Notes: a model not told the origin generated them from the letters alone. Positions 39,871-50,151 are shown, counted from the first letter of the stretch. The stretch is DNA of 64,000 bases from Cyanobacteria bacterium auto_48_18 (GCA_036170915.1 JAVHQC010000010.1:169423-233422); one strand, 5' to 3'. Translations and numbers: made by a program.

Positions 39871-41151
39871 ATGGAGGTACTTACCGAACCAATGCGTCGA
39901 TATGCAATCGTTGAAATTGAAGATGTGCAAGAGGCTTTTTGCGGCGTCCGTCGTAAAAACATGGTGGCCCTTTCAGACGCAGAACCAGAGATCGCTGAAG
40001 AGTGGTGCTATAAACAAAATGCCGGCTGGGGTCCTGAACATTTCAGCCGCGGCTCTGGCGTAAGATGTTGGTGGGAATGCCCTGCATGCAAGCGGCCATA
40101 TAAGGCGCAAATAAACAACCGCACCAGCGCTATGCGCAGCGCCTGTCCATACTGCGCCAGTAAGAAGGTCTGTTGCGACAATGCACTTTCAGACTTGTTT
40201 CCGGAAGTAAGCAAAGAATGGCATCCGACCAAAAACAAAAAGTTGAAACCGTGCGATGTTACCTATGCATCAACTACAAAAGTGTGGTGGCTGTGCGGCA
40301 GGTGCAATCACGCTTGGCAAGCTGTTATAAGTTGCCGTACAGTCAGCCATTCAGGCTGCCCTGCTTGCTATGAAACTCGAATGGAGGAAGCTAGAGCGCA
40401 TCCGCAAAGGAAAGAGCAAATACAAATTGTGCTTAGCGCCTCAAGCAAAAATATCTCCAGAGCGTGGTATGAAATCGGTGAGCGCCGATTTGAGACACTC
40501 GCTAAAGGTTATCCAGCTGTCGCTAAACAGTGGCATCCAATCAAAAATGGTGAATGGACGCCCGCTGATTTTGCCGCTGGATCTGAAACTATTGCCTGGT
40601 GGAAGTGCACTAAAGGTCCCGACCATGAATGGCAAGCACCGATATACTCGCGCACAGGAAGCAGAAAAGGTGGTTGTCCCTTTTGTTCCGGAAAGCGTGT
40701 ATCAGTGACTAATTCTTTAAAGCACATGTTTCGCGAAGTGGCTGCAGAATGGCATCCAACGCTTAATGGCTCGCAAAAGCCGCAAGATTATACGGCAGGC
40801 TCAGGACAAAAAGTTTGGTGGCAGTGCAAAAACAATGCGGCGCATGAATGGGAAACATTAATTCACTTGAGAGCAGGCGGCAGTAAATGCCCCAAGTGCA
40901 GCTTCGTCAAAGTTGGTAATAGTTTCCATGCCACTGGTGACAATTCGCTTGCTGCTAAATTTCCGCACATTGCCGCACAGCTTCATCCAACAAAAAATGG
41001 GAATTTGAACCCAAACGAAGTGACATTTGCCTCGTCAAAAAGGCTATGGTGGGTCTGTCCAATAGACACAAATCATGAGTGGCAGACTAGGGTGTCAAAT
41101 AGGACCAAACTTTCATCTGGTTGCCCTGATTGCTATCGAGCGAGTAGATAA
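39871..41151 (+). CDS. Multi zinc-ribbon repeat protein (DUF4379-like)
   Basis: Five EWHPTKN/WWxC/HEW/GCPxC repeats; no nuclease domain seen. Confidence 0.9.
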   Translation: MEVLTEPMRRYAIVEIEDVQEAFCGVRRKNMVALSDAEPEIAEEWCYKQNAGWGPEHFSRGSGVRCWWECPACKRPYKAQINNRTSAMRSACPYCASKKVCCDNALSDLFPEVSKEWHPTKNKKLKPCDVTYASTTKVWWLCGRCNHAWQAVISCRTVSHSGCPACYETRMEEARAHPQRKEQIQIVLSASSKNISRAWYEIGERRFETLAKGYPAVAKQWHPIKNGEWTPADFAAGSETIAWWKCTKGPDHEWQAPIYSRTGSRKGGCPFCSGKRVSVTNSLKHMFREVAAEWHPTLNGSQKPQDYTAGSGQKVWWQCKNNAAHEWETLIHLRAGGSKCPKCSFVKVGNSFHATGDNSLAAKFPHIAAQLHPTKNGNLNPNEVTFASSKRLWWVCPIDTNHEWQTRVSNRTKLSSGCPDCYRASR

Positions 41152-41154
41152 TCG

Positions 41155-41412
41155 AAGCAAGTAATCGCCGACAAAGATTTCTTCAACCCTGAATCATTTT
41201 GAGAAGGATTGGCTCCAGTTCGTGCGCGAACAGCCGAATGTCAAAAAGACAACGGTCGCACCGAAGGCGTCAACATTCCGGGAAAATGGAAATACATCGA
41301 CAAGTCAGGCAAAACCGTCATCGCTCCTCAATTCGATGATGCCAACGAATTTCACCTGGGCCTGGCCGCCGTTAAACTCGCAAAAGAATAGTATTTCATC
41401 AATAAACAAGGC
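41155..41412 (+). pseudogene. WG-repeat gene remnant, right part, with two in-frame stops
   Basis: Matches 62070 onward (KQVIADK..EGLAPVRARTAE..FDDANEFHLGLAAVK); TGA at 41200, TAG at 41389. Confidence 0.85.
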
Positions 41413-42574
41413 GTAAGATACCTTCCGCATACTTCCAGTCAATGTGCTCTTGTTCTAACCGAATATTTTGTCCCCACCTGCCGTTCTTTAATGCCTGGTA
41501 CATCTCATAGTCTGGCTCAGATAGAGCTTCTAGATTACCGGCACCATGTTGATCTCTTTCTACACCCCAGACATACTGATGTGCTAGAAGCGTCCCTTGA
41601 TCCATAAGAATTGAACGTAAGTGCGGCAAATAAGTTCTCGCCGAATTTAAAATTGCAAAACCATGAGTATCTATATCGCCCCAATAAAGCACATCAAGAT
41701 TTTGCATCCAGGAAATTCTTGAAAGATAGTCGAGTCCATAGCCGGCGCCAAAGACGACCATGCTGCGCGGCATAGCAGGAAAAGCAAGAAAATTGATTTC
41801 ATTTTCGACAATGAAAACGCGCGACAGATTCAGCTTGAGTCTAGCAAAAGTATTCGCATCCAAGGTGACATCTTCTTGAGCACCGCCAAAAATAGACAAC
41901 TCTTGATCGAGAATGCGAAACCTTACTAGCAGCGGTTTCTCTCGAAATCCATATCGCTGAGAAAACTTCTTGGCGCCAGAATATGTTAAATCGAGAGCAT
42001 CGACCGGCAGAGCGAGGTCAAGCAATTCCAACAAAACAGAACGATTGTTCTCTATAAATTTGCTGTGAACACCAATAACATCAACCTGGCGCAGATAAAT
42101 TCCCGGCCTGTGGTTTTGCTTCATCCAGCTCACCACTCTCAAAATTTGCGGCCATTGATCGTAAAGCGCAAGAGCTTGCAAAGGTCGACGCTTTAGCCAC
42201 GGTATCAACTCAGAATGTTCAGTAGTCGTTGATTGCCAAAGTTGATAAAATTTCTCAGCGGCTTGTTTTTTTCCGATCAGCAAGAGCGCGTCGCCACACG
42301 ACTCTATCCATGCTTCTCTAGGAACAGAATTTTTTCCGATTATGCGATGACTGACTTCTTGATGCTTTAACCGAATCCCTTTTATTTCGCTCACCTGAGC
42401 AATCCATAATCGCACGTCTTCGAAATGTGTACTCATCTCCGAGGAAGTCGGTGACTTAAATTTCAGCCGCCTTGGAAAAGTTGGATCCTCCTGGTACGGC
42501 TCAACTAGAAGATCTCCTTTATCCCACCACCTGCTTATCTGGGCTTTAATGTCGGCAGAATTGGTCCAGGTCAC
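41399..42574 (-). CDS. jetD: Wadjet JetD, Toprim nuclease (DUF3322+DUF2220)
   Basis: GVHSKFIE, VFIVENEINFLAFP, YWGDIDTHGFAIL, RLEQE. Confidence 0.93.
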   Translation of the reverse strand: MTWTNSADIKAQISRWWDKGDLLVEPYQEDPTFPRRLKFKSPTSSEMSTHFEDVRLWIAQVSEIKGIRLKHQEVSHRIIGKNSVPREAWIESCGDALLLIGKKQAAEKFYQLWQSTTTEHSELIPWLKRRPLQALALYDQWPQILRVVSWMKQNHRPGIYLRQVDVIGVHSKFIENNRSVLLELLDLALPVDALDLTYSGAKKFSQRYGFREKPLLVRFRILDQELSIFGGAQEDVTLDANTFARLKLNLSRVFIVENEINFLAFPAMPRSMVVFGAGYGLDYLSRISWMQNLDVLYWGDIDTHGFAILNSARTYLPHLRSILMDQGTLLAHQYVWGVERDQHGAGNLEALSEPDYEMYQALKNGRWGQNIRLEQEHIDWKYAEGILRLVY

Positions 42575-45500
42575 TTGATAGATTCCTCAGGCAAGGTCTT
42601 CTCAATCTTGACTGAAAATTTGTCGAGAACATTCTTGCTTATAGATTGCAGCTTTGCTTTCTCTTCATGGTATTCCGCGATGGTTAAATTGCGCAGCTTG
42701 GAAGACTCGCCACTGGCATTTTGAACAAAGCCCACGTTGAATATATACGGCTCGATCACACCTATCTTTTGAAGAGGCGTAACTACCAGAAGCTGCAAAT
42801 TGAGCTTCTCGAAAAGCTGCAGACCATACTGGGTAGATTCATCGGACCCGCGACCAAAAGCTTCATCGATGACGACAAAACGGAAAGAGCGAGAGCGCAC
42901 GTTGCCCCACTCCAGGCCAAATTGATATGCGAGGCTGGCGGCTAGAATCGTATAGGCGAGTTTTTCTTTTTGACCGCCCGATTTGCCACCAGAATCAGAG
43001 TAATGTTCGTACTCGCTGTCGTCATTGCGCAACCGTTCCGAAGCAGCAAAAGTAAACCAGTTGCGCACGTCTGTAACTCTTTCGGTCCAGCGTTTATCAA
43101 TGTCAAAGAAGCCCTCTCGACCGCGCAGACGCTCGATGATTTGCTTTACTTGCAAAAACTTTGCTTCTGAATACTGTTCGTCGGCAGAGCCAGTCAGAGA
43201 GCCATCGGTGCAAGCTCTCAATTCAGTTTGAAAGTTGCGTATGTCTTGATCTTGAGTGTGATGAGCTTCCAGAATAATGTAATGTCCGTTCACGTAATCA
43301 ATTTGAGTGAGAGATTTGTTGATAATTTTGATGCGATCTTCAATAGTAACTCTCTCACGCGCCAGTTGCGATTGAAAGTTGGCGACCTCTCGAATTGTGT
43401 TTTCGTTGAGCAATTCTTTAAAACGAGCTTGAAAGCGCGGCAATCCGTCAGATTCGAGTGCCACCAGCATATCTTCAAACTCGCGGGCCGATTCAACTTT
43501 GGCATCCACCTCAGAACTTTCTTTGGGAAAAGCATGCATAAAGTTTTTCATCGCAGCAATAATTTTGTCGCGCAAGCGTTCAATTTTTTGACTATCGCTG
43601 TCAATTTTCGCCTGTAACCACTCTCGCATCGTCAGCTCGAGTTTATCGCATGATTCTATGCTGATTTGAAGCCCACCCACAGCATCGTCTTGCATTAGAG
43701 ACAGGGCTTCAAATTTAAAAACAAAGTCTTGCTCGTTCAGGTCGATTAGAGAAGCATTCGTCTCTGCCAATAATTTATTTGCGACGTCACGTCTTTCTTC
43801 AATCTTAGAAAGCAAAGCTCGATGGTCTACAAGCTTTTTCTCAGCCACGCCAATGGATAACACCACTTCACTAAGTTGCGCGTTCAGCTGTTTTAAAACG
43901 TCAGACGTGCTCTCGAGTTCTCGCCGTTCTCTATCAAGCCTGGCAATTTCGCGCGAAACGGAGGGCCAATCTAGGTCTTTGAACTCTCTATATTCTTTCA
44001 GGCCGGCAAGACTATTAGATTGAGCGCCCAGGCCGCTGATTTGCTGTTGCAAAACACTGATTTCACCGGCAATGTCGGCAATTTGTTTTTCAGCGCTTTT
44101 AAGCTTGCTTTGCAGCGCGGCGATTTTTATCTCATTGGTCCAACCAAGCACGTAGCGACTTTGATCATCAATTCGATGTCTGTCATCTTTTTCATGGCGT
44201 TCGCCGCTGCCTTTGATCTGACCAGACATGGTAATGGCGCGCGTTTCTTGCCTGAATTGCTGTTGGCTCAAGCAACATTTGATATCTCCGCGCTGTGCCA
44301 GCTCGGCTTCCAGCCATTCATAATAAGGCGAGTCGGGTTTGACGGATAACTTTTTTGCCAGCACATCTTTTTGCAGGGAAAAGATGGTTTTACGATTGTG
44401 TTTATTCAGGCTATCGAGAACTCGGAAATATACCAGGCGACCGCCCAAATGAGTATTGTTAACCCATTCGGCAACCCTGGTGTAGTGTTTGTCAGGCACA
44501 ATAAGGGAGAGGCCAAAACTATGAAAATAACGTTCAATAGCGCCTTGCCAGTCGCTGTCTTCAGCACGTACTTGAAGCAGTTCACCAACAAAAGGAATGT
44601 CGGCAATATCAATTTTCAACTTGCTGCACAACTCAGCCCGCATACTGATCTGGGAAGTTGGAATGTTACTGCGCCTTGACCTCAAACTCTCAAGTTCAAG
44701 GGCAAGAGCAGAGTGTTCTGATCGCTTCTCCTTCAAAAGAACGCTGGCTTCAGTGTGCAAATTTTGCAAATCTGCTGTCTGCTGAACAAGGCTTTCAGCC
44801 AGCAAAGTAAATTCATTTTGTTGCTCGATAAAACTATCTTGACTTTTAGCCGGTGAAATTTTAAGTGGTTTCAGGAGTTCTTCATAGCGCTCGGAGCGCT
44901 TTCGCTTATTCTCGAGATCAATATTTAGTTGAGCAATATCGGCAGTAATCTTCTCGATTCTGTCGCCGCCATTGGCTCGAATATTCTGTTTAAGCTCGTT
45001 CTCGTTGAGGCGCAGACCCTGCACATTGTCGTCAGCTGACTTGACTTTCGCTGCTTGCTTGGCTAGTTCGCTTTCAAGACTAACTATTCGCTCTGTGAGA
45101 AGATCAAGCTTTTGCCGGGCAAAATAAAATTTCAGGGCGTCGCGATAACCGCGCAGTCGCTCTTTCTCGATACTCAACCCTGAAAATTTATGGCAATCTA
45201 AAATCAGGGGCTTGAGCAATTCCACCTGCTGGACTGCCTTCAAAACAGATTCATGGGCTGAATTGAGATCATCAAAGTGGTGTATAAGCGCGCTCAATCT
45301 ATCAACTACATTAGAAGGCTCAAGCATGTGATTTCTCACAAATTCAGTCAGGTTGCCAACCGACTTCATCGATACAGTTTGATGAAAGAGCTCAAGTGCC
45401 TGATCGCTGTCAATGCCAAAGCGTCGGCGGAACCAGGCGCCGTATGGTGGAAATGTATCGAACAGCTCAGCCCCTTTGTCACGCAATCTCTTCTTCAAAT

Positions 45501-46077
45501 TATTCATTTCGATGCCGAAGCCTGAAAAATTCTCAGCAATAGACAGCTGTTGCTCAGCGCCAACGTAAAATCTGGCCGGCTGACCCTGGAGATCTTTCAT
45601 CCAGTAAACCTGCGCCAGAGTTACTGTTTGATCGTAGCCGGCATTGGAGAAAACTCCTAAGATCACAGAATAAGAATTAGGCCCTCTCAAAGGAACCGGT
45701 TTAGCTGCACCACTTTCATGCCGTTCAGATTTGTGATATCCAAGCACATATGATTTTGCCGTCCGTTCTTTATTATCGGCGCCGGCAGCTTTATTGTAAG
45801 CCGCACGGTTGGCCGGCACAAGCAAGGTGGTTATGGCATCAACAAGAGTAGATTTGCCGGAGCCGATATCTCCAGTTAGTAGTGCATTCTGACCATTGAG
45901 AGTAAAAGTCCAGACTTGTTTGTCGAATGTTCCCCAATTATAGATTTCCACCTGCTTAAGTCTGTAACCAGGCAGTTTTTGATCCACTAGTGATTTAACT
46001 TCGATGTCAATTTCAGCAGGTATTACTTCGGCATCAGAAGAATTTGCATCTAGATCTTCGGCGAGATCATTGCTCAT
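42571..46077 (-). CDS. jetC: Wadjet JetC, SMC-like ATPase
   Basis: NWGTF, Walker A GDIGSGKST, long coiled coil, SGGQKEKL signature, VVIDEAF; ATG 46077 overlaps the end of jetB. Confidence 0.95.
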   Translation of the reverse strand: MSNDLAEDLDANSSDAEVIPAEIDIEVKSLVDQKLPGYRLKQVEIYNWGTFDKQVWTFTLNGQNALLTGDIGSGKSTLVDAITTLLVPANRAAYNKAAGADNKERTAKSYVLGYHKSERHESGAAKPVPLRGPNSYSVILGVFSNAGYDQTVTLAQVYWMKDLQGQPARFYVGAEQQLSIAENFSGFGIEMNNLKKRLRDKGAELFDTFPPYGAWFRRRFGIDSDQALELFHQTVSMKSVGNLTEFVRNHMLEPSNVVDRLSALIHHFDDLNSAHESVLKAVQQVELLKPLILDCHKFSGLSIEKERLRGYRDALKFYFARQKLDLLTERIVSLESELAKQAAKVKSADDNVQGLRLNENELKQNIRANGGDRIEKITADIAQLNIDLENKRKRSERYEELLKPLKISPAKSQDSFIEQQNEFTLLAESLVQQTADLQNLHTEASVLLKEKRSEHSALALELESLRSRRSNIPTSQISMRAELCSKLKIDIADIPFVGELLQVRAEDSDWQGAIERYFHSFGLSLIVPDKHYTRVAEWVNNTHLGGRLVYFRVLDSLNKHNRKTIFSLQKDVLAKKLSVKPDSPYYEWLEAELAQRGDIKCCLSQQQFRQETRAITMSGQIKGSGERHEKDDRHRIDDQSRYVLGWTNEIKIAALQSKLKSAEKQIADIAGEISVLQQQISGLGAQSNSLAGLKEYREFKDLDWPSVSREIARLDRERRELESTSDVLKQLNAQLSEVVLSIGVAEKKLVDHRALLSKIEERRDVANKLLAETNASLIDLNEQDFVFKFEALSLMQDDAVGGLQISIESCDKLELTMREWLQAKIDSDSQKIERLRDKIIAAMKNFMHAFPKESSEVDAKVESAREFEDMLVALESDGLPRFQARFKELLNENTIREVANFQSQLARERVTIEDRIKIINKSLTQIDYVNGHYIILEAHHTQDQDIRNFQTELRACTDGSLTGSADEQYSEAKFLQVKQIIERLRGREGFFDIDKRWTERVTDVRNWFTFAASERLRNDDSEYEHYSDSGGKSGGQKEKLAYTILAASLAYQFGLEWGNVRSRSFRFVVIDEAFGRGSDESTQYGLQLFEKLNLQLLVVTPLQKIGVIEPYIFNVGFVQNASGESSKLRNLTIAEYHEEKAKLQSISKNVLDKFSVKIEKTLPEESIK

Positions 46078-46720
46078 CGCCCACCTCCACTCCAGATTCA
46101 GAAATCTTGGCTTTATATTGCGCCAGCTGATTATCGAAATCTGAGAGCCACTGGGCATCTACAAACGCCTTTAGAATGCGTCTAACTTCGTATAAATTTT
46201 GCTTGCCGGCAGTTGTTTTGATCTGGCGGAGAAAGCCGAGCTCAATGATCTTTTTGATATTAGTATCAACTTGATCAACAAGCTTGGCGTCATTGCTTCC
46301 TGAGGGTACAAAAATTCTGATCAATTCAACGATTTCATCCCCACTTAATATGAGCCTGGTCTCCCCACCTCTAGCATCAAATTCTGCCATTTTCTTGCGC
46401 AGCAGGGCCAATAGAAGACTGACTTGGAAAGAAAGCGGACGCCTTGCCACCAAGCGCGGCATCGCTGCACTGGCATCAACTTCACTTTCCTCAAAGCGCG
46501 AGCGCAGAAAGGCGTAACCCTCGGCCTCATCAAATATTAGTTCTAATCCCAGGATGGCGACGTAGTCGCGCACTCTTGCTTGTAACTTAATCAGCTCGCT
46601 CCAGAGTCGCGGATCGTTTTCTTGATAAACAACGCCTTTAAGCAGCGAAACGATAATCAGAGACAAATCGTCAACTTTAACGCTGGGTGAATTTGATGTT
46701 GCCGTTTCAGTTTCAGACAT
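46067..46720 (-). CDS. jetB: Wadjet JetB (DUF4194)
   Basis: LLKGVVY, DEAEGYAFLR, PRLVARRPLSF, YEVRRILKAFVDAQWL. Confidence 0.93.
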   Translation of the reverse strand: MSETETATSNSPSVKVDDLSLIIVSLLKGVVYQENDPRLWSELIKLQARVRDYVAILGLELIFDEAEGYAFLRSRFEESEVDASAAMPRLVARRPLSFQVSLLLALLRKKMAEFDARGGETRLILSGDEIVELIRIFVPSGSNDAKLVDQVDTNIKKIIELGFLRQIKTTAGKQNLYEVRRILKAFVDAQWLSDFDNQLAQYKAKISESGVEVGDEQ

Positions 46721-46726
46721 ATCTCA

Positions 46727-48169
46727 CTACCTTACAAAAATAACGCGCGGCAAGGTTGCCTGTTTGCGTTCACCATTGTCACCAATCCATTGAACAGTAT
46801 CGAGCACGTCTTCATCAGTGGTAGTTTCAAACGAATCGCTAGCCAGCTGCAAATAAGTTACTAATTCAGCAAGCCCATATTCGAGGGGCCTGATTTCGAG
46901 TAGTTCACTCAGTGTGATTTGTGACTTCAATTGTAAGGCGCGACGAATGGAATTGGCCAGAGCCGACTTATCAACCACCGAGTGCGAGAATAAAATATCG
47001 GTGTCTACGCTATCGCCATCGCCGTCAAGAGCGAGGCCAGCGATTCTTGGCTTGTTTGTTTTCTTGTACAAAGGCCTTTCAAAGGAAAGCTCAATTTGGG
47101 CCGACATACCATTGACGAAAAAGAACTCACCAGCAGGTGGCGAAGTCGAGACAGCCAGCGCATGCATTTCAACGTCTCGCAAAATTTCGATGATACGCCT
47201 GTTTTGCAGCCAGGCTGCATCATCAAGGAATCTGCGCAATTGCTGTGAGAGCTTGGCGACAGTCAGCTGTGTGTGCTCGCCAGCCTCTAACCAATCATAA
47301 TGAATTCTGTGCACCCGGGGATCAGGGTTTAATTCATTCACCGCCGGCAGTGACAAAACTCGCGACAGTAATTGAGTAAATTCTTCCTGCCTGCGGCTCG
47401 ACATAAGAAAATCCCAAAAAGCCCGAAAACTATTGCCCTGATCAGTATCGGAAATCTGGTCTCTCTCTCCCATAATCTCTTCCAGCAGGCTCCCTTTATC
47501 GCCTTTCCAGAGCGCTATTTTTTCACGCGCACTTCTATCTAGAGCGCGAAAGTTTTGCTCCACTTCGCGGAAATCAGAAAGAAGCTCTCGGGAAATTGAA
47601 GTAAATTGTTGAAAACGTTCTTTTACAGCAGTGTCAGCTAGAAGAGAAATATCGCCTGATTCAAGTTGAGCCATTTCTCTATCGATTTCGTCACGTCTTT
47701 TTTTCAGTTCGGCAATGCGCAAATCTTTGTCGGTTTCAGTACCTTCGCACATCTGCTTTAGTAGTTCAAAGACAGTAAGCAAGCGCGATTCGGTGCCAAC
47801 GAAACTACGAGCGGTCAAACTTTCAAGCCAGGAAATTGCTTTCTCAGTTGAAGGCATCAAATCAAAATAAGGTTCGTCTGAACCTTTCTGGTAAAACTTG
47901 CGCAGCCAACCTTTATCGTTGGCGGCCCAATCGTTTAAGTAAGCCTGGGCGTCTTTGGGAAACTCTTTAGCCCCAAGCAAATTACGTAGCGTAAATAGCT
48001 CGTCTTCTAAAGCCTCTGCCAGGTCAGCCTGCGCCATAACCCGCACATTCGGTTGAATGAATACACGGTTAAGAAAGCTTGCCACCAGCGGAGCCTGGTC
48101 TGCGCGCAACAGTCGCCATGACGGGTGGTCAAGGCGCATTTTTTCTAAGGTTAGATAGTCGAGCGTCAC
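46727..48169 (-). CDS. jetA: Wadjet JetA (DUF3375)
   Basis: HPSWRLLRADQAPL, FVGTESRL, DQGNSFRAFWDFL, GLAELVTYL. Confidence 0.93.
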   Translation of the reverse strand: MTLDYLTLEKMRLDHPSWRLLRADQAPLVASFLNRVFIQPNVRVMAQADLAEALEDELFTLRNLLGAKEFPKDAQAYLNDWAANDKGWLRKFYQKGSDEPYFDLMPSTEKAISWLESLTARSFVGTESRLLTVFELLKQMCEGTETDKDLRIAELKKRRDEIDREMAQLESGDISLLADTAVKERFQQFTSISRELLSDFREVEQNFRALDRSAREKIALWKGDKGSLLEEIMGERDQISDTDQGNSFRAFWDFLMSSRRQEEFTQLLSRVLSLPAVNELNPDPRVHRIHYDWLEAGEHTQLTVAKLSQQLRRFLDDAAWLQNRRIIEILRDVEMHALAVSTSPPAGEFFFVNGMSAQIELSFERPLYKKTNKPRIAGLALDGDGDSVDTDILFSHSVVDKSALANSIRRALQLKSQITLSELLEIRPLEYGLAELVTYLQLASDSFETTTDEDVLDTVQWIGDNGERKQATLPRVIFVR

Positions 48170-48525
48170 AGAATACCTGCCTGGTGAAGCAAATAAAGAT
48201 CAGGCGCAACAGCTGAGCGATTGAACAGAATTATAAGCGATGTTCGGTGTATATACTTTACATACGTATGGTCGGTGTGTCAAATTATATGCAACTATCG
48301 AAAGCTGCCCCAGTCAGCGCCTATCAATATAAAAGTGCCAAAATAACCACAAACTAGAACTCTAGGGAGTGGTATTTAAGGTATTCAGTTCTAAACTGGG
48401 CCCCAGGTGGCATGCAAGGCAGCGGCTCCCTAGGGCAACTAAATGTATAATACCCTACCCCAGCCGCCTTTGACAAGATTATTTAAAATTGGGTCGGTCG
48501 TCATTACGCTTTGTATGAAACACCC

Positions 48526-49254
48526 ATGCCAACCTTTCAATACAGCCAGCTAACTTTAGAGAAGCTTGAATCAGCCTTTTCCGTATCTCGTCTAGCGCGC
48601 TACAAGACGCTAGCTGGTGGCGATCTAAACCTAGCACTGGAATTGCACGTCTGGAACGCAGAGCTCGGCCAGGGCCTCCACCTTCCTATGCAGCACTTTG
48701 AGCTGCTTCTCCGGAACGCCTTCAACGATAGATTAACGTCATTGCACGGCGATGCTTGGTTCGATGTCCTCTTTGAGGACTTTCAACCAGAGTTTCAGCG
48801 TCAAATATCGGCTGCAAAAGATGAACTTGCGAAACAGAAAAGGAATGTAGTGACGCCTTCTGTAATTGCTCAATTCACACTTGGAACTTGGGTAGCAATG
48901 CTTGCGCCTTCCTACGATGATTTGCTATGGAAATTTTGCTTATATCAATCATTTGCAAATCCACCAGTTCCATTCTCGAGAAAGACGGCAAAGAAAGCAC
49001 TTGAGAAAATCCGTATGCTCCGAAATCGAATCGCTCATCACGAACCAATTTATCATCGAGCACTGGATAAAGATCTGGAGCATCTAATTAGCGTTGCCGG
49101 TTGGATTTGCCCAGACACAGCCCAGTGGATCGATGACCATTGCTTTTCATTTCGGCATGCTTGGGCAAGGCAATCTGAGCTTTATTCAATGGCAAATGAA
49201 AATTCGATAGCCGACTATAGCGCACGGTATGAATTGATAGATTGGACACGATAG
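48526..49254 (+). CDS. Abi_2 (AbiD/AbiF-like) HEPN ribonuclease
   Basis: SRLARY, ALELHVWN, ELLLRNA, HEPN motif RNRIAHHEPI. Confidence 0.88.
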   Translation: MPTFQYSQLTLEKLESAFSVSRLARYKTLAGGDLNLALELHVWNAELGQGLHLPMQHFELLLRNAFNDRLTSLHGDAWFDVLFEDFQPEFQRQISAAKDELAKQKRNVVTPSVIAQFTLGTWVAMLAPSYDDLLWKFCLYQSFANPPVPFSRKTAKKALEKIRMLRNRIAHHEPIYHRALDKDLEHLISVAGWICPDTAQWIDDHCFSFRHAWARQSELYSMANENSIADYSARYELIDWTR

Positions 49255-49463
49255 CCACCAACGGGCACCGCTGTCTAATTTACTTCGGCTCCAAAATCAA
49301 TCGCTGCCAATGATTGTCGCGCAACGACTAAAAATTAACAGGCGAAGACCTAACCGGCCCGAGATGCGGAAGGACGCCTGCACCAAGCCACAACAGGGTA
49401 AATTTATTCACAAGCGTGCGGCAGAATAAGTTGCTCTCTGAAATGATCTACAGTGACAACTAT

Positions 49464-49583
49464 GGAAAAACAACATTTAAGAATCAATCCAAGTAGGGCT
49501 ACGGAGATCAACGTTTCGCGAGTTTCGCTCAACAAACGAACGACTTTACTGGCTCGATTCATTTGAACTTGTAAGTCTTGCCA
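49464..49583 (-). pseudogene. Internal fragment of a paralog of 34824..36206
   Basis: Aligns with ~35850-35970 (WQDLQ.MNR.SKVVRLLS.T.ETL.SVALL.LILKCCFSI). Confidence 0.85.
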
Positions 49584-49607
49584 AGACACACCACTGGGAG
49601 CAATGGC

Positions 49608-50043
49608 TTGCCTGAACTGTCCTCTACCGCCAAAGAGACGAAACCAATACCGCCACTGCCCATTCGCTTTTTGGCCTGGACCGCAGCTTTTTGGTCTCCA
49701 TTTTTATGGCTGTTCGTTATTAGCATACGTCGGTATGCATGCAGTTCTCGATCTAAAACTGCCTGAAGAACAATTGCGCGCATTGATTTCAAATTGGATA
49801 GCGGGCGGCGCCTGGACCGGCCTTTTTCTGTTTGCAATTTGCTTTTGCGCGAATAGTTGGTTTAGAAGGAAATCGCCGCTGATTATATTGACGTGGCTGA
49901 TTATGATCTGCACCTACGGTAGCGGCATAACAATAGGCTCATTCACAAGCGCAATTATAAAATCAAGTCGGAGTGTCGGTGATCAGTTAGATCGGCTCAA
50001 AGAACAAAAAGAAGCTTCACGACGCGAAAACGGTGGCAATTAG
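49608..50043 (+). pseudogene. Frameshifted, WG-less paralog of the N-terminal membrane domain of 54461..55804
   Basis: MPELSSTAKETKPIPPLPIRFL in one frame; WFRRKSPLIILTWLIM in another. Confidence 0.75.
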
Positions 50044-50151
50044 TACAATACATGAGCCGAGCTTGTTGATTTGTGATCTGACAATCCAATAGGCCAGAGC
50101 GTCCAGACAAGATCTTCTACTTCCTCATTCTTACACGGACCAAAAAGCTAT

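Noticed and set aside
39812..41154. Insert as a group I/II intron or homing element
   Set aside because: Only ~60 nt is non-coding, there is no nuclease or RT domain, and the host gene carries stops
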